Both the position numbers and the translations under genes were made by a program. The notes beneath the pieces are model-generated. The model was given only the letters and a program-made list of their open reading frames with translations. It had not been told where the DNA came from and ran no database searches. From Phoronis australis (Eukaryota; Animalia; Phoronida), in NCBI GenBank assembly GCA_002633005.1, contig NMRA01000020.1, positions 1,579,589 to 1,643,588 on the forward strand: a DNA stretch of 64,000 nt, read 5' to 3'. Each line of letters begins with the position of its first letter. Positions within the stretch are counted from its first letter, which is position 1. Shown here one piece after another: positions 60,336 through 64,000 of this stretch.

Positions 60336-62881
60336 GACCATTTCTTCGATATATTTTTTCTTTATTCACAAATGTCACCTGATAACTTCCTTAAATTATT
60401 CCACGGCATTTTTAATCTTTCAATATAGAAGATCATTCATCACATCTAGGTTACCCATTTAATTATCTCAACTGTCATATTCAGGGTAAGAACACTCCTG
60501 TTCTTGTCTTACTTTGAGAGGAATATCACGGAAGACCATTTGTACATCTTATATTTTCATAGTACTCTGGTTCAATACTATATGAGCTTTCGGAGTGATG
60601 CGATGTAAAACCTTTGCACAGCTGCGATGTCAAATCAAGAGAAAAATTGATAAACCAGACAACTGTAGTTGAAGTACTCTGGTTCAATACTATATGAGCT
60701 TTCGCAATGATGCGATGTAAAACCTTTGCACAGCTGCGATGTCAAATCTAGAGAAACATTGATAAACCAGACAACTGTAGTTGACATTATTGTTTAAATA
60801 GAAAGAAAACTGACATTTATGATAAGACTTAGCCCCAATTACACCTGCCTGTTTGAAATAATCATATTTAAAAGAATATCCCATGTGAGGAATGTAATAA
60901 AACATTCCATGGCATTTTTGATTTAGGAACGTTAGATATCTTTCATCCCTTGTGAGACCATCCATGTATTTGCTGCGAATGTCACTTCATGATGTTCATC
61001 GCAGCTTTTGAGTATTTTTATGATTAAGATCGCGACGACCTTTCTAGAGTGTCTTTAATAATGATCAAACGCAGACATGCTCAATCAGGGTGTACTTCTT
61101 GACTGTTTTGATGTCAGTGAGAAATTTTTCGACAGTTGCCATAGGAAAGCAAGATTAAACTTGATAAAACGGGTGAGTGTAATCGACATATTGTGTAATT
61201 TGAGAGTGCACATTGTATCAATTACACTCACCTGTTTGAAATATTTTTTTAATTTAAAAATGTTNTTAAGATCGCGACAACCTTTCTAGAGTGTCTTTAA
61301 TAATGACCAAACGCAGACATGCTCAATCAGGGTGTACTTCTCGACTGTTTTGATGTCAGTGAGAAATTTTTCGACAGTTGCCATAGGAAAGCAAGATTAA
61401 ACTTGATAAAACGGGTGAGTGTAATCGATCTATTGTGTAATTTGAGAGTGCACATTGTATCAATTACACTCACCTGTTTGAAATATTTTTTTAATTTAAA
61501 AATGTTCCATGTAATGTTTTCCGGGTGATATTCCATGGAACTTCTAACTTAAATGACTCGAGATCCAGAACCCTTGCACTTTTTAACGTTTTTGCTGATC
61601 CCTTCTTAATATAATGAAGATTTAGGATAAATGTCTGGGAAATGTTACATAATTATACTGATAGTGACTGTTTGAGAATTTCCTGACTAATTACAGGGTA
61701 AGGATGTAAAGCTCACTGTCATCTGAAATGGATTAAAACGTGCAAATAAAACGAGCTGAGCATATTAGGTACTTTGGACGAACAAACGTAAGGATATTTG
61801 AAAAACAGTTTACCATCTAGGACCATTTCTTCGATATATTTTTTTCTTTATTCACAAATGTCACCTGATAACTNAGCATATTAGGTACTTTGGACGAACA
61901 AACGTAGGGATTTTGAAAAACAGTTTACCATCTAGGACCATTTCTTCGATATCTTTCTTTCTTTATTCACAAATGTCTCCTGATAACTTCCTTAAATTAT
62001 TCCACGGAATTTTTAATCTTTCAATATTATAGAAGATCATTCATCACATCTAGGTTACCCATTTAATTATCTCAACTGTCATATTCAGGGTATGAACACT
62101 CCCGTTCTTGTCTTACTTTGAGAGGAATATCACGGAAGACCATTTGTACATCTTATATTTTCATAGTAGTCTGGTTCAATACTATATGAGCTTTCGCAAT
62201 GATGCGATGTAAAACCTTTGCACAGCTGCGATGTCAAATCAAGAGAAAAATTGATAAACCAGACAACTGTAGTTGACATTATTGTTTAAATAGAAAGAAA
62301 ACTGACATTTATGATAAGACTTAGCACCAATTACACCTGCCTGTTTGAAATAATCATATTTAAAAGAATATCCCATGTGAGGAATGTAATAAAACATTCC
62401 ATGGCATTTTTGATTTAGGAACATTAGAGACCTTTTATCCCTTGTGAGACCATCCATGTAGTTGCTGCGAATGTCACTTCATGATGTTCATCCCAGCTTT
62501 TGAGTATTTTTATGATTAAGATCGCGACAACCTTTCTAGAGTGTCTTTAATAATGACCAAACGCAGACATGCTCAATCAGGGTGTACTTCTTGACTGTTT
62601 TGATGTCATTGAGAAATTTTTCGACAGTTGCCTTAGGAAAGCGAGATTAAACTTTATAAAACGGGTGAGTGTAATCGATATATTGTGTAATTTGAGAGTG
62701 CACATTGTATCAATTACACTCACCTGTTTGAAATATTTTTTTAATTTAAAAATGTTCCATGTAATGTTTTCCGGGTGATATTCCATAGAACTTCTAACTT
62801 AAACGACTCGAGATCCAGAACCCTTGCACTTTTTAACGTTTTTGCTGATCCCTTCTTAATATAATGAAGATTTAGGATAAA
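60336..62881 (+). repeat. AT-rich tandem repeat, unit about 1.1 kb (about 2 copies, inflated by gap-flanking duplications)
   Basis: The unit start gaccatttcttcgatat occurs at about 60336, 61821 and 61937. An internal duplication of about 110 bp lies at 60562-60785. Gaps N at 61265 and 61874. Confidence 0.75.
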
Positions 62882-62883
62882 GA

Positions 62884-63750
62884 CGCTATCCTCCCGTTTT
62901 CAGATGGATTCGACATAGTTTGCGCCACCTAGTGGCCATTTTTAGTGTTTTCGAGTCTTGTTCTTGTGCGTCCAGCCCTCTATCAACCAAACTGCTCAAA
63001 GGATGATTGTGAAAATTGGCATGTATATGCTTACTATGTAGAAGACGGTTGACGAGGATTTTCCTACGATTTCGAGTACTGTGGCACCTCCTAGTGGCAG
63101 TTTTGTTTTTTTTTCGCCTATGGCTATCTCCTAAGCCGTTCGCAGGATCTTTACGAAATTGTGGAAGCACATTTATATGATGTTAACAACAGAACATGAC
63201 GACTTTTGGACGGATCCGACTACCGGTGTGCCCCCTAGTGGCAATTTTAGTTTTTTACGCTTACCTTTGTATCTTCAAAAGTCCTTAACGGATTTTCATG
63301 AAATTTGGAATGCAGGCACCTATTAGTGAGATCACGCTATCCATCCGTTTTCAGATGGATTTGACATAGTTTGCGCCCCCTAGTGGCTATTTTTACTGTT
63401 TTTGAGTCTGTATTTTTGCGTCTACCCCTCTATCAACCAAACCGCTCAAAGGATGATTGTGAAAATTGGCATGTATGTGCTTATTATAAAGAAGACAGCT
63501 GACAATGATTTTCAGACGATTTCGACTACTGTGGCGCCACTGTGGCAATTTTAGTTTTTTACGCTTACCTTTGTTTCTTCACAAGTCCTTAATGGATTTT
63601 CATGAAATTTGGTATGTAGGCAACTATTAGTGCGATGATGCTATCTTTCCGTTTTCGGATGAATTCGACCTAGTTTGCGACACCCAGTGGCCATTTTTAT
63701 TGTTTTTGAGTCTGTTTTTTGGCGTCCACCCCTCTATCAACCAAACCGCT
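62884..63750 (+). repeat. Tandem array of about 155-bp subunits (HINE central repeats/satellite-like)
   Basis: Recurrent gcgcc.cctagtggc.attttt(a)g motif and aaattggcatgtat/aaatttgg. Homologous to 16590-16690. Confidence 0.75.
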
Positions 63751-63751
63751 C

Positions 63752-64000
63752 TAAGTGTTGGTAGTCCTTCGGGTCCGAAGATGACGTAGGTTGTGTGTCT
63801 CATCGTCTATGTACACGAAGATGGCTCTGCAGTCCCAGTCTTGACGCGCAGAGTCGAGAACAGGTGGGGCATTGGAACTCCGTCGTGGTAACAGTGGTGG
63901 ATGCTGCTGAGTGGCGTTTCTCTCGAGCAGCTTCGAGTCTCTTACAGCGGTCATCCTCAAAACTGGCAGTTGCTTTTCGAATCGTGGCTCGCCACTTTGG
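63752..64000 (-). mobile_element. 3' end of an RTE-clade LINE (continues beyond the window)
   Basis: Minus frame 64000-63800 reads PKWRATIRKATASFEDDRCKRLEAAREKRHSAASTTVTTTEFQCPTCSRLCASRLGLQSHLRVHRR* (RTE C-terminal C2H2 finger). Short 3'UTR cgtcatcttcggacccgaaggactacc. Confidence 0.85.

Noticed and set aside
61024-62000. Duplications of about 240 bp and about 115 bp around N61265 and N61874, with repeated MLNQGVLL ORFs
   Set aside because: These are gap-flanking overlaps. The ORFs are short, with no recognisable domain or splice support.

Overview
Eukaryotic (animal, probably marine invertebrate) genomic DNA: intron-rich, dense in transposons, with single-N scaffold gaps. I reconstructed four conserved spliced genes exon by exon. 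(1) A neuronal calcium sensor/frequenin-like gene (+, coding exons 12160-20130; first coding exon not found). (2) A C2orf69/UPF0565 ortholog (-, 24982-27887). (3) MMADHC/CblD (+, 30206-40006), head-to-head with C2orf69. (4) A short TEX264-like gene (-, 44758-49279) lacking the C-terminal LIR/SHP tail. An unrecognised 252-aa ORF built from a repeated 'I/V-x-x-R-L-S/A-x-P/K/H-T' helix lies on the same strand inside an NCS intron. It is preceded by X-box/forkhead-like motifs and its splice acceptor is in frame with the upstream NCS exon. The rest is mostly mobile DNA: three non-LTR retrotransposon relics, a solo LTR with a perfect heat-shock element, a tRNA-derived SINE, Helentron-type HINE repeats, TTAA (Kolobok-like) and 5-bp-TSD MITEs, and two multi-level nested insertions whose empty sites are visible elsewhere in the window. 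No prokaryotic genes, rRNA, true tRNA or CRISPR array were seen. Family assignments come from recalled motifs, not database searches.
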